Positions 15,441 through 23,545 of a DNA stretch of 28,449 bases are shown piece after piece. How positions within the stretch are numbered: the stretch's first letter is position 1; each line of letters begins with the position of its first letter. The notes under the pieces were generated by a model, which was given only the letters and a program-made list of their open reading frames with translations, was not told the DNA's origin and did not search any database. The position numbers and the translations under genes are program-made. Source of the stretch: a virus; IMG/VR virus record IMGVR_UViG_3300017782_000149, positions 1-28,449 of that record, one strand, 5' to 3'.

Positions 15441-17440
15441 ATAAGAATAATTTTTCCATCTTAGAGTATCAGTCTACAAACGCGCCTTTGTTTCGTGAGA
15501 ACAGCAACAAGCTGTGGATTGATTGCGGTGCTGACAACCTGTACCCTTTGTACCTAGAAGAACTGTATGCTAGTAGCAGCATGCACGGCGCAATAATTAA
15601 GGGTGTTGCTGAAATGATTTTTGGTGACGGTCTTAATGCTACAAACAAAGACGACCATATCGAGCAATGGCTCAAGGTTAAAGAAATTTTTGGTAACGAA
15701 GAATGCCTAAAAAAAGCTGCGTTTGATATTAAATTATACGGTCAGGCGTTTCTAAACATTATTTGGTCACAGGATCGCACAACAATAAGTAAAGTGCATC
15801 ATATTCCTGCATCTACCATTCGTTGTGGGCTTGCAGATGACGAAGACAACGTACCGCTGTTTTACCACAAAACCGATTGGACAGAATTAAACACGAAGCC
15901 GCATGTAATTCCGGCGTTTTCTAATACCGATCGTACAGCAGCTAGTCAAATTATACACGTAAAAAATTACACACCTTTATCTTTTTACTATGGTTTGCCG
16001 GATTACCTACCTTGCACAAACTATGCACAGGTAGAGGCAGACCTTAGCGCGTATCATTTAAGTTCAATTAATCAGGGTTTTTTCCCTAGCACGATTATGA
16101 ACTTTAACAGCGGCGTACCTACGGAGGACGAACGCGCAGAATTGGAAAGATTGGTATACCAAAAATTTGGAGGCGCAAACAATGCGGGCAAAATTCTGAT
16201 GACTTTTAACGATTCGCAGGACACAGCGCCGACTATTGAAAGCTTTAATTTGTCAGATGCGCATCAAGTGTTTGATTACCTCAGCGAACAATGCAGCAAG
16301 AAGGTATTAAGCGGACATCGTGTTACGTCGCCTTTGTTGTTCGGTGTGCGTGACACAGGCGGAGGATTTGGAAACAACGCAGACGAAATGAAGGATGCCT
16401 ATGACCTGTTTTATAACACGGTAATACTTCCCTTCCAACGTTTGTTTTTAGATGCCTTAAAACCCGTTTTTGCGGCTAGTAGCGTAACGCTAGATATGTA
16501 CTTTACACCGCTGAAGCCTGCATCATTTATTGATACGGACAATTTGTTTGACAGCAACGCGCCGGACAGCCGTAAACGAGATGCTAGTTACGATGGCGGT
16601 CAAATTGATAGCGCAATGGAAATTGTGCGACAAGTCAAAGAGGGCGTTTTGTCTATTGATCAGGCAAAGGTATTCTTAGTGCAGATGCTGCAGTTTACGC
16701 CGGAGGTAGCAGATGCCTTGTTTACTGAAGATAGCGCCATTGAACAAATCGAAGAAGAACAAGACGAGCAAGAAGCAACTGCACAAACGCAATTGTCATG
16801 TTGCGGCGGTGACGGTCACATAGAATTAAAAAAAAAAGGAACGAGCTTAAAGGCAAGGATGCGTGAATTTGATGCGCGACTAGGAAAGGATTATTATTAC
16901 GTGCGTTCTGAATGGGTAAGCGATGTGCAGGCAGATGCAAAACTGCATACGCAAAAACACTTGTTTTACGAACAGTACGCAAACCCCGAAATAGTAGAAC
17001 AAAACAGTTACGGCGACATTTTGAGCCGTGAAGGATTCGTATTTGCGGTGCGCTACATGTACGAGGAAACAGCAGAAACGCCAAGTCAAGGAGGTAACAG
17101 CCGCGATTTCTGTACTGATATGATGGAACTTTCTGATGAGGGCGTAGAGTATCGGTATGAGGATATTGTCGCTATGGAAGGCGAAAACGCGGAATTTGGT
17201 CACAACGGCAGGCCATACTCTATATGGCTCCACAAAGGCGGAATTTACTGTAGACATGGATTCAGCAGAAACATCTACATCTATGCACCCGACGGCGAGC
17301 CAAAAGAAATGGATATGGTAGAAATTGAGGGCGCGTGGGAAGACGTAATGCGAAAAGTAGGAAACAACCCAGACACAGTTCAAAAAGGTGAAGAATACGT
17401 CGCACCGATTGACACACCGTCAAGGGGAGCATATAGATAA
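15437..17440 (+). CDS. Portal protein fused to a MuF/SPP1 gp7-like head-morphogenesis C-terminal domain
   Basis: GTG start. The N-terminal 465 aa or so has portal-like features (WIDCGADNLYPLYLEELYASSSMHGAIIKGVAEMIFGDG). An acidic linker and an A10 run follow. The C-terminal 200 aa or so carries SRDFCTDMM ... YSIWLHKGGIYCRHGF, reminiscent of MuF-type C...C/CRH motifs. Confidence 0.6.
   Translation: MNKNNFSILEYQSTNAPLFRENSNKLWIDCGADNLYPLYLEELYASSSMHGAIIKGVAEMIFGDGLNATNKDDHIEQWLKVKEIFGNEECLKKAAFDIKLYGQAFLNIIWSQDRTTISKVHHIPASTIRCGLADDEDNVPLFYHKTDWTELNTKPHVIPAFSNTDRTAASQIIHVKNYTPLSFYYGLPDYLPCTNYAQVEADLSAYHLSSINQGFFPSTIMNFNSGVPTEDERAELERLVYQKFGGANNAGKILMTFNDSQDTAPTIESFNLSDAHQVFDYLSEQCSKKVLSGHRVTSPLLFGVRDTGGGFGNNADEMKDAYDLFYNTVILPFQRLFLDALKPVFAASSVTLDMYFTPLKPASFIDTDNLFDSNAPDSRKRDASYDGGQIDSAMEIVRQVKEGVLSIDQAKVFLVQMLQFTPEVADALFTEDSAIEQIEEEQDEQEATAQTQLSCCGGDGHIELKKKGTSLKARMREFDARLGKDYYYVRSEWVSDVQADAKLHTQKHLFYEQYANPEIVEQNSYGDILSREGFVFAVRYMYEETAETPSQGGNSRDFCTDMMELSDEGVEYRYEDIVAMEGENAEFGHNGRPYSIWLHKGGIYCRHGFSRNIYIYAPDGEPKEMDMVEIEGAWEDVMRKVGNNPDTVQKGEEYVAPIDTPSRGAYR
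16828..16837 (+). other. A10 homopolymer (codons TTA AAA AAA AAA) at the portal/MuF-like domain boundary
   Basis: Counted in the sequence. The -1 frame stops at 16864-16866 and the +1 frame stops at 16848-16850. Confidence 0.9.
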
Positions 17441-17443
17441 AAA

Positions 17444-18019
17444 ATGGCAACATTATACATAAGTTCAAGCAAATTAAAGCGCGATAGCGCACTAGGTTCT
17501 ACGGTTGACGACAATCTTGTACAGCCGTATATTCGTATTGCACAGGACAGGTGGATTTTACCCGCGTTAGGCACTAAACTGTCTGACAAAATCAATGCGT
17601 TAATAGATGCAGATCAAGTCGGTGATGCGGGTAATGAAAAATACAAAGAGCTGTTAGAGGACTACATTCAACCGTGTTTAGTGCAGCTTACATTTGTAGA
17701 GTTAGCGTATCCTCTACGACTAAAATTTGCAAACAATAGCGTAACCTTAAACAGCAGCGAACAGGGTCAAACAGCAAGCACAAGCGATATTAAAATTGTA
17801 GTTGAACAATCAACAGAAATTGGTATGTTTTATCGTCAGCGCATGATAGAATACCTGCAGTTTAATCATTTGCCTGAATACACTAATAACACGGGCGCAG
17901 ACCTATCCCCAAGCCAAAGAAATTATTTTGGAGGACTCAACGTATACCCAAGAATTCCCACAGACAATAAACTCAAGGCAATTGCAACAGCTCTTGGCAT
18001 TAGATACTACAACACGTAA
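17444..18019 (+). CDS. Head-tail connector/adaptor-like protein
   Basis: 191 aa directly after the portal gene. The N-terminus LKRDSALGSTVDDNLVQPYIRIAQDRWILPALG resembles gp6-type connector N-termini. Confidence 0.45.
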   Translation: MATLYISSSKLKRDSALGSTVDDNLVQPYIRIAQDRWILPALGTKLSDKINALIDADQVGDAGNEKYKELLEDYIQPCLVQLTFVELAYPLRLKFANNSVTLNSSEQGQTASTSDIKIVVEQSTEIGMFYRQRMIEYLQFNHLPEYTNNTGADLSPSQRNYFGGLNVYPRIPTDNKLKAIATALGIRYYNT

Positions 18020-18048
18020 TAGCATGAAGCTTGTAAAATATTTAAACG

Positions 18049-19896
18049 ATGTCAACGAAAGTAACTGACCTAACAGCCCTAACAACTACGCCTGAAGACG
18101 GCGATGAATTGCATATTGTCGATGTAAGCGATACTACCGGAACAGCGGCGGGAACTAGTAAACGTATCGATGTTAGTGTGCTTATGGGCAAAGCACCCGT
18201 ACAATCTGTAAATGGATCAGATGGAACGGTTGTACTTGACATTGAAGATTTAGATAACGTCACTACAGCAACGCCTAGCAACGGTAATGTTCTGAATTGG
18301 CAAACAAATCAATGGACACTTGATACACGCCTGACTACGCTGTATACTGAGTTTCGAGGAGGCACAACAACTGACGTTCAGAACGGTGCATTAACTAATT
18401 CAAAACTTGAGTTAACTGCTACAACCGCGAAGATCAAAACAGGCGTAACTGAAGTCGCGCTAACGGAAACATCACCGGGTGAAATTGACTTTATCGTAGC
18501 GGCAGGTACATCGGGTAATGAAACAGCATTTACGGCGGTAGAAATTAATGGTCAAGGCATAGCAAACAATGCTTTTTTTGATGTTAAGACAGGTACACGT
18601 TTGCGCATTGAAAGCAGCGGTAATGACTTTGCAACACTTCAAAATTCAGCAACTGCAGATACTGTTATTACTTTGCCGACATCTACAGGTACGCTTGCTT
18701 TAACAAGTGAGATACCTGCTGCTGCTCCGGTTGATTCAGTTAACACCCAAACAGGCGCGGTTGTGCTTGACACTGGAGATATTGCTGAAAGCGGAAACTT
18801 GTACTACACAGAAGCGCGGGTATCGGCCAATAGTAGCGTAGCAGCTAACACAGCGAAAATTAGTTATACCGATGCAAGCGCAGTAGCTGCAAACACTTTA
18901 AAAAACACGTATCCTTCAGGCGATGCAACAAAATTAGCGGGTATAGAAACGGGCGCAGACGTAACAGATGCAGCAAACGTAGCTTCTGCAGGTGCGTTAA
19001 TGGCTGCAAGCGCACAACTTACAGGCGATTTAGACACGCAAACCAACGAGATAAAAACTACAACAAGCAATGGAAACGTTATTATTGCTCCTGATGGCAC
19101 AGGAGTTTTAGAAGTTAAGGGTGATACTAACGATGCGGCTATACAGCTCAACTGCAATATCAATACGCACGGTGTAAAAATTCAAGCTCCCCCTCACAGT
19201 GCAGCCGCTAATTATACTTTGGTTCTACCTGATGACACAGGAACGAATGGTCAGGTTTTAACTACTGATGGCTCAGGCAACTTGTCTTTTACTACCGTCA
19301 GCGGAGGAGGAGGAGGAGGAGTTACAGTAAATAGTCAAGCTGCCAACAGGCTTGTTGCTTGCAGTAGTTCTACGGATGTTTTGGACGGAGAGGCAAACCT
19401 TACATTTAACGGTAGCACATTAAGTGTAACAGGGGCAATAACCACGACAGGACAATTAAGCGGTAACGGTTCTTCTGTCGCTGTAAGCAAACTTGAAACA
19501 TCAATAGGGGGCGCAAGTAGTGCAGGCGATTTAGGGCTAAATGCAGAGGTTGTAACGATTACAACAACGACAGGATTAAGCGCAGGCTACGTTTATTATT
19601 TGGGGGCAAGTGCATGGACAAGTGCAGTAGCGACTTCTGTTGCAGCAGCATCGGGAATGATGGCGGTTGCTACGGGTACGTCAAGTGCTGACGGAATGTG
19701 CATACGGGGTATTGTGTGTGTTGCCACGGCTTTAGGAGGTAGCATTGGTGATGTGGTTTATTTAAGCACAGCAACAGGGCGCATGACAACAACGGCTGTA
19801 AGTAGTACAGGTAATGTAAATCGTGTAATGGGCTATAAGGTAGCTTCTTATAAAATGTTCTTTAACCCATCTCAAGAGTGGATTGAAATTAGTTAA
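18049..19896 (+). CDS. Tail fibre protein
   Basis: 615 aa, S/T/A/G-rich. The N-terminus is MSTKVTDLTALTTTPEDGDELHIVD. A repeated motif appears as VNGSDGTVVLDIEDLDNV and VNTQTGAVVLDTGDIAESGNLYYTEAR, which is common in phage fibres. There is a G6 hinge, and the C-terminus is GDVVYLS...GRMT...VMGY. Confidence 0.7.
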   Translation: MSTKVTDLTALTTTPEDGDELHIVDVSDTTGTAAGTSKRIDVSVLMGKAPVQSVNGSDGTVVLDIEDLDNVTTATPSNGNVLNWQTNQWTLDTRLTTLYTEFRGGTTTDVQNGALTNSKLELTATTAKIKTGVTEVALTETSPGEIDFIVAAGTSGNETAFTAVEINGQGIANNAFFDVKTGTRLRIESSGNDFATLQNSATADTVITLPTSTGTLALTSEIPAAAPVDSVNTQTGAVVLDTGDIAESGNLYYTEARVSANSSVAANTAKISYTDASAVAANTLKNTYPSGDATKLAGIETGADVTDAANVASAGALMAASAQLTGDLDTQTNEIKTTTSNGNVIIAPDGTGVLEVKGDTNDAAIQLNCNINTHGVKIQAPPHSAAANYTLVLPDDTGTNGQVLTTDGSGNLSFTTVSGGGGGGVTVNSQAANRLVACSSSTDVLDGEANLTFNGSTLSVTGAITTTGQLSGNGSSVAVSKLETSIGGASSAGDLGLNAEVVTITTTTGLSAGYVYYLGASAWTSAVATSVAAASGMMAVATGTSSADGMCIRGIVCVATALGGSIGDVVYLSTATGRMTTTAVSSTGNVNRVMGYKVASYKMFFNPSQEWIEIS

Positions 19897-19899
19897 GAC

Positions 19900-21093
19900 A
19901 TGGCAAGTATATCAGGACAAAATACGAGCAATATAGATAACGTAGACGGGTTTTACACTTCTCAAGGTGGAGGGGTTTCAATCAACCCAATAGCTGTAGG
20001 TGCGCAATTATATGGCAATACAACTTTTTGGATGCGTTCAGACCTTCCCTCTACTTACGCAAGAAGTTTAGCGTACACACCTGCAAACGACTTTGTGAAA
20101 ATAGCGTGTAATAGGGCATATACGCAGGTCATGGCAATTACGGATAACGGTGAATTGTGGTATAATTGTAAACAAGGCACTTATTTGACGGGATTTACTG
20201 CCGACAGAACATGGAGGAGATACGGGTCAGATAATGACTGGACAGATATAAGCGGAGGTGATGCAGTGTGGGGGGCTATTAAAGGCGGCGATTATATGTT
20301 TATGGGCAATGGCAGTTACAGGCAGCGCGGTGATGGGTCTACATCCAGCGTAAACGGATTTGCTACAATGAACAATTCACAAACGTGGGTTCGTGTTGTA
20401 ATGGGCTATAGGCACACATGGCTTATAAACGATCAAGGCCACGCTTATTCGTCAGGTTATGGATATTCCTACATGACGGGACAAGGTATTACTAGTACAG
20501 TTAGCACATTCACAAGAGAAAAAAACAGCCTTACAGGTTTAGTGGATGTATCACGTGGTTACCGCTGCGCATGGCTGCGAGACAGTAGCGGAAATACGTA
20601 CTTTACAGGCGTTAATGGACAAGGTTTAGCAGGACCTCAACTTGCAACTGCTAATTCTAACACGGATGGACCTGTATTAGCGAGTAGCGCAACAACAGAT
20701 TATGTGTGTGCTGAATTAGGTGAGTTTTCTTATCACGGAGGTTGTCATATTGATAGTGATGGTTACTTGCGATTTTCAGGAGAGGCTAGTTCGTATATGC
20801 GACCTGACAATTCAACGACCGACAAGAAAACCACAAGCGGTGGGTATCAATTAACTTCAATGGGTACGGGGTGGAGTCAGTACAACGCGTTTGATGCGAA
20901 AAGTTCAACAAGTTTACATTTAGGAGTAGCTATGAAGAACGGTGCGTTATGGTGCGGCGGTGAAGATTCTGCATCATTGAAGCCTAACCTAGATCCCAAC
21001 GGAACAGCATCTGATGATCAACATTGGACAGAGGTTATTTCTACAGGTACAACTTGCGTTTCACAAAGGTCAGGCGTAGTAGTAAAAGGATAA
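19900..21093 (+). CDS. Beta-propeller (RCC1-like repeat) protein, putative receptor-binding or tail accessory protein
   Basis: Five to six repeats at about 45-55 aa spacing: DNGELWYNCKQG, GGDYMFMGNGSYRQRGDG, NDQGHAYSSGYGYSYMTGQG, DSSGNTYFTGVNGQGLAG, DSDGYLRFSGEAS, KNGALWCGGED. Confidence 0.45.
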   Translation: MASISGQNTSNIDNVDGFYTSQGGGVSINPIAVGAQLYGNTTFWMRSDLPSTYARSLAYTPANDFVKIACNRAYTQVMAITDNGELWYNCKQGTYLTGFTADRTWRRYGSDNDWTDISGGDAVWGAIKGGDYMFMGNGSYRQRGDGSTSSVNGFATMNNSQTWVRVVMGYRHTWLINDQGHAYSSGYGYSYMTGQGITSTVSTFTREKNSLTGLVDVSRGYRCAWLRDSSGNTYFTGVNGQGLAGPQLATANSNTDGPVLASSATTDYVCAELGEFSYHGGCHIDSDGYLRFSGEASSYMRPDNSTTDKKTTSGGYQLTSMGTGWSQYNAFDAKSSTSLHLGVAMKNGALWCGGEDSASLKPNLDPNGTASDDQHWTEVISTGTTCVSQRSGVVVKG

Positions 21094-21347
21094 TGATAAG
21101 AGGCAATACATACAGGGTATCTGTACCAAAGGATACTGATTTTTTAGAGGGATGGAAAGATTCAGCAACTCCTCACGTCGACTATATGTACGACCAAGAA
21201 TCAATCGAAGAATGCGAATTTATTGACGGTGTTTATTACGCTACATATCAGACATGGATTGTTGATGCTGACATTGTGGTAGAAATTGCCATGCCCAACG
21301 GAATAGAGTTCCTTAACATACCTGCGGGTGAATACGGTAAAAGGTAA
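21093..21347 (+). CDS. Hypothetical protein (84 aa)
   Basis: ATG 21093 overlaps the upstream TAA (TAATG). The longer track ORF from 21024 would overlap the propeller gene by 70 nt. Confidence 0.6.
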   Translation: MIRGNTYRVSVPKDTDFLEGWKDSATPHVDYMYDQESIEECEFIDGVYYATYQTWIVDADIVVEIAMPNGIEFLNIPAGEYGKR

Positions 21348-21562
21348 TGGATAGTACACTTATAGCAATGGCGGTAGAGGGCTTGACCTTGTTAGGCGGT
21401 GGTGTAGCTGCTTGGGTTAAACTGAACAATGAGGTGACAGTTTTAAAAAGCAGAATTATAAACCTAGAAAAGCGCGAAGACGACGTGCAAAAAACGCTTG
21501 ACGTTTTGGTAGAAGGCATTAATGAGATTAAATTGCTGCTAGCACGTAAAGGAATCGAATGA
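21347..21562 (+). CDS. Small membrane protein with a coiled-coil tail (holin/lysis-accessory candidate)
   Basis: 71 aa. One hydrophobic segment LIAMAVEGLTLLGGGVAAWV is followed by a charged helix. It lies at the head of the lysis cassette. Confidence 0.45.
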   Translation: MDSTLIAMAVEGLTLLGGGVAAWVKLNNEVTVLKSRIINLEKREDDVQKTLDVLVEGINEIKLLLARKGIE

Positions 21563-22401
21563 GTTTAATAACGCGAGACAGGGACATACATATTCTTGAT
21601 TGGCAATTTTTAGATAATGCCGATGAAAAGCACGTTTACCTTTTAAGCGATATACACTTTGATTCAAGCAAATGCGATCGCAAGTTGCTGAAAAAACATC
21701 TTGACCAAGCAAAGGCAGAAAACGCACAGGTATTCATTTTTGGCGACCTATACGACATGATGCACATGCCCACAGACCCAAGGGGTACTTACAGCACTAT
21801 GCGACCTGAGCTGCTTGCAACCGCGTACATCGACGAATGCATACAAGATTGCGTAAAGCACCTTGAACCATACAAGGATAACATTGCACTTATAAGTCAA
21901 GGCAACCACGAAACAAACATTATTAAGCGGCACGGAGTTGATCCTGTACAGCGAACGATAGGCGCGTTAAATGCTACAGGGGCAAATATTGTTGCAGGTT
22001 TTTATGCAGGATGGATAATAATTAAATGCAACAAACAAGGTAAAGGAACGCGGCGATCGTATCCTTTGCACTATCATCATGGATACGGAGGCGGTAAGCG
22101 TAGCAAAGGCGCGTTAAATGTAGACATTGATATGAAAGATTACCCGCAAGCAAAAATTTTAGCACGGGGTCATACGCATCACAAATGGTATTTTCCTATT
22201 ACGCGAGACGTCTTAACTAGCACTTTTAAACACGCACAAGAAATTGTGCATGTGCTTCAAACGGGATCGTACAAGAAAAAAGATAGAAGCATGGGATGGG
22301 AAGTAGAAAAGGCGTTTGCTACACCAACGCTTGGTGGTTGGAAAATGACTTTTAAACCGCACAATGATGCGTACAAAATAACTGTGACTGAATTAAATTA
22401 A
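21559..22401 (+). CDS. Calcineurin-like metallophosphoesterase
   Basis: The canonical motif set is visible: LSDIHFD (DxH), FGDLYD (GDxxD), QGNHE (GNHE), RGHTHH (GHxH). Confidence 0.8.
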   Translation: MSLITRDRDIHILDWQFLDNADEKHVYLLSDIHFDSSKCDRKLLKKHLDQAKAENAQVFIFGDLYDMMHMPTDPRGTYSTMRPELLATAYIDECIQDCVKHLEPYKDNIALISQGNHETNIIKRHGVDPVQRTIGALNATGANIVAGFYAGWIIIKCNKQGKGTRRSYPLHYHHGYGGGKRSKGALNVDIDMKDYPQAKILARGHTHHKWYFPITRDVLTSTFKHAQEIVHVLQTGSYKKKDRSMGWEVEKAFATPTLGGWKMTFKPHNDAYKITVTELN

Positions 22402-22817
22402 TGCGGCACATCGACAAGATAATACTGCACTGCACAGCAACTTTTCCTGACTCCTATGTTACGGTTGGCGTAATTGACAAGCTGCACCGTAAGCGAGGTT
22501 GGAACAACGGAATAGGCTATCACTACCTGATTTACACTAACGGAGAGATACATAAGGGAAGAGACATTGATGTTATAGGTGCGCACGTAAAAGGACACAA
22601 TAAAACAAGCATTGGCGTAGCTTACGTTGGTGGCCTTAACGACAAAGGAGTGCCGACCGATACAATGACAATGAAACAAGAAACATCATGGCTACAGTTA
22701 GTTACAAGTTTGAGAACCGTATTTGGGTATTGCACGGTTCATGGACACAATGAGTTTAGTAGCAAAGCATGCCCTAGTTTTAACGTACAGGATAAGTACA
22801 AATTCTTAAATATTTAA
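22401..22817 (+). CDS. N-acetylmuramoyl-L-alanine amidase endolysin (Amidase_2/PGRP, T7-lysozyme-like)
   Basis: IILHCTAT ... GWNNGIGYHYLI ... GAHVKGHNKTSIGVAYVGG ... HGHNEFSSKACPSF. The Zn-ligand His/His/Cys pattern is present. Confidence 0.85.
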   Translation: MRHIDKIILHCTATFPDSYVTVGVIDKLHRKRGWNNGIGYHYLIYTNGEIHKGRDIDVIGAHVKGHNKTSIGVAYVGGLNDKGVPTDTMTMKQETSWLQLVTSLRTVFGYCTVHGHNEFSSKACPSFNVQDKYKFLNI

Positions 22818-22819
22818 AC

Positions 22820-22996
22820 ATGGAGTTTCTAGTAAGTAATTGGAGTGAGATTGCCTTAGCCGCAATAAGTTTTTTTGGAACGTGGACAGGCATAACATCT
22901 TCAGAAAAAGACGACAAGGTGTACGATGTATTAAGTCGTATTTTAAATGCAATTGTATTTGGTCGAGCTAACAAAAGGCGTAAATTGCGCAAATAG
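22820..22996 (+). CDS. Holin-like small membrane protein (58 aa), absent from the ORF track
   Basis: Hand translation gives MEFLVSNWSEIALAAISFFGTWTGITSSEKDDKVYDVLSRILNAIVFGRANKRRKLRK. It has a hydrophobic N-terminus and a basic C-terminus. It lies directly after the endolysin and before a terminator. Confidence 0.5.
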   Translation: MEFLVSNWSEIALAAISFFGTWTGITSSEKDDKVYDVLSRILNAIVFGRANKRRKLRK

Positions 22997-23026
22997 TTAT
23001 GGTATGATTATGGGTTTTCAGCGAAG

Positions 23027-23056
23027 CCCCGGTGCATAAGTTGCATCGGGGTTTTT
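23027..23056 (+). terminator. Rho-independent terminator ending the late/lysis operon
   Basis: CCCCGGTGCA (23027-23036) pairs with TGCATCGGGG (23042-23051) with one G-U pair. The loop is 5 nt and the tail is T5 (23052-23056). Confidence 0.8.
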
Positions 23057-23078
23057 CTGTTTTATGGGTACTTTGTCC

Positions 23079-23086
23079 TATATTGC
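23079..23086 (+). promoter_or_regulatory. TATATTGC box 22 nt upstream of ATG 23109; candidate early promoter element
   Basis: It lies in the 112-nt gap after the terminator. It shares the TATTG(T/C) core with 9216, 27404 and 27846. Confidence 0.3.
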
Positions 23087-23108
23087 GGTGTAATTACAAC
23101 CATAATAC

Positions 23109-23303
23109 ATGCTGAAAAAACGTAACGGCGCAAACAAGGCTATGTACAAACGATACATGAAACGCGCAAAGATGCTGTTTAGCTTACAGCAAGACCTTGT
23201 TGAAACGAAAGATAATTCTACACTGCTTGATATTGCAAAGCTAGGTTTGCGCGAGTGCGAGGAAATGATTTACAAAATCAAAAAAATTGATCCTTCACTA
23301 TGA
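23109..23303 (+). CDS. Hypothetical early protein (64 aa, basic)
   Basis: First ORF after the terminator and promoter-like gap. Confidence 0.6.
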   Translation: MLKKRNGANKAMYKRYMKRAKMLFSLQQDLVETKDNSTLLDIAKLGLRECEEMIYKIKKIDPSL

Positions 23304-23545
23304 CTAGACAAATGCACATTGAAATACATGACAAGGTGTATCTAGAAATAGACTACAAATTTTATCCTCGTCAGTCATCATACGATTACGACGTGCCGCC
23401 TGATTCTGAAGAAATAGAAATAAGTAAAGCTAAACTATGCACAGATACATGCAGTGTTGATATAACGTATCTAATGGATGATTTGCAACCGCTTATGTCT
23501 TTCGAAGCAATAATTCAAAATATTTCTAACCATATACACGAATGA
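23300..23545 (+). CDS. Hypothetical early protein (81 aa)
   Basis: ATGA overlaps on both sides. Confidence 0.65.
   Translation: MTRQMHIEIHDKVYLEIDYKFYPRQSSYDYDVPPDSEEIEISKAKLCTDTCSVDITYLMDDLQPLMSFEAIIQNISNHIHE

Noticed and set aside
21024-21092. A longer start (ATG 21024) is possible for the ORF ending at 21347.
   Set aside because: It would overlap the propeller gene by 70 nt. ATG 21093 forms a TAATG coupling junction like many other genes here.
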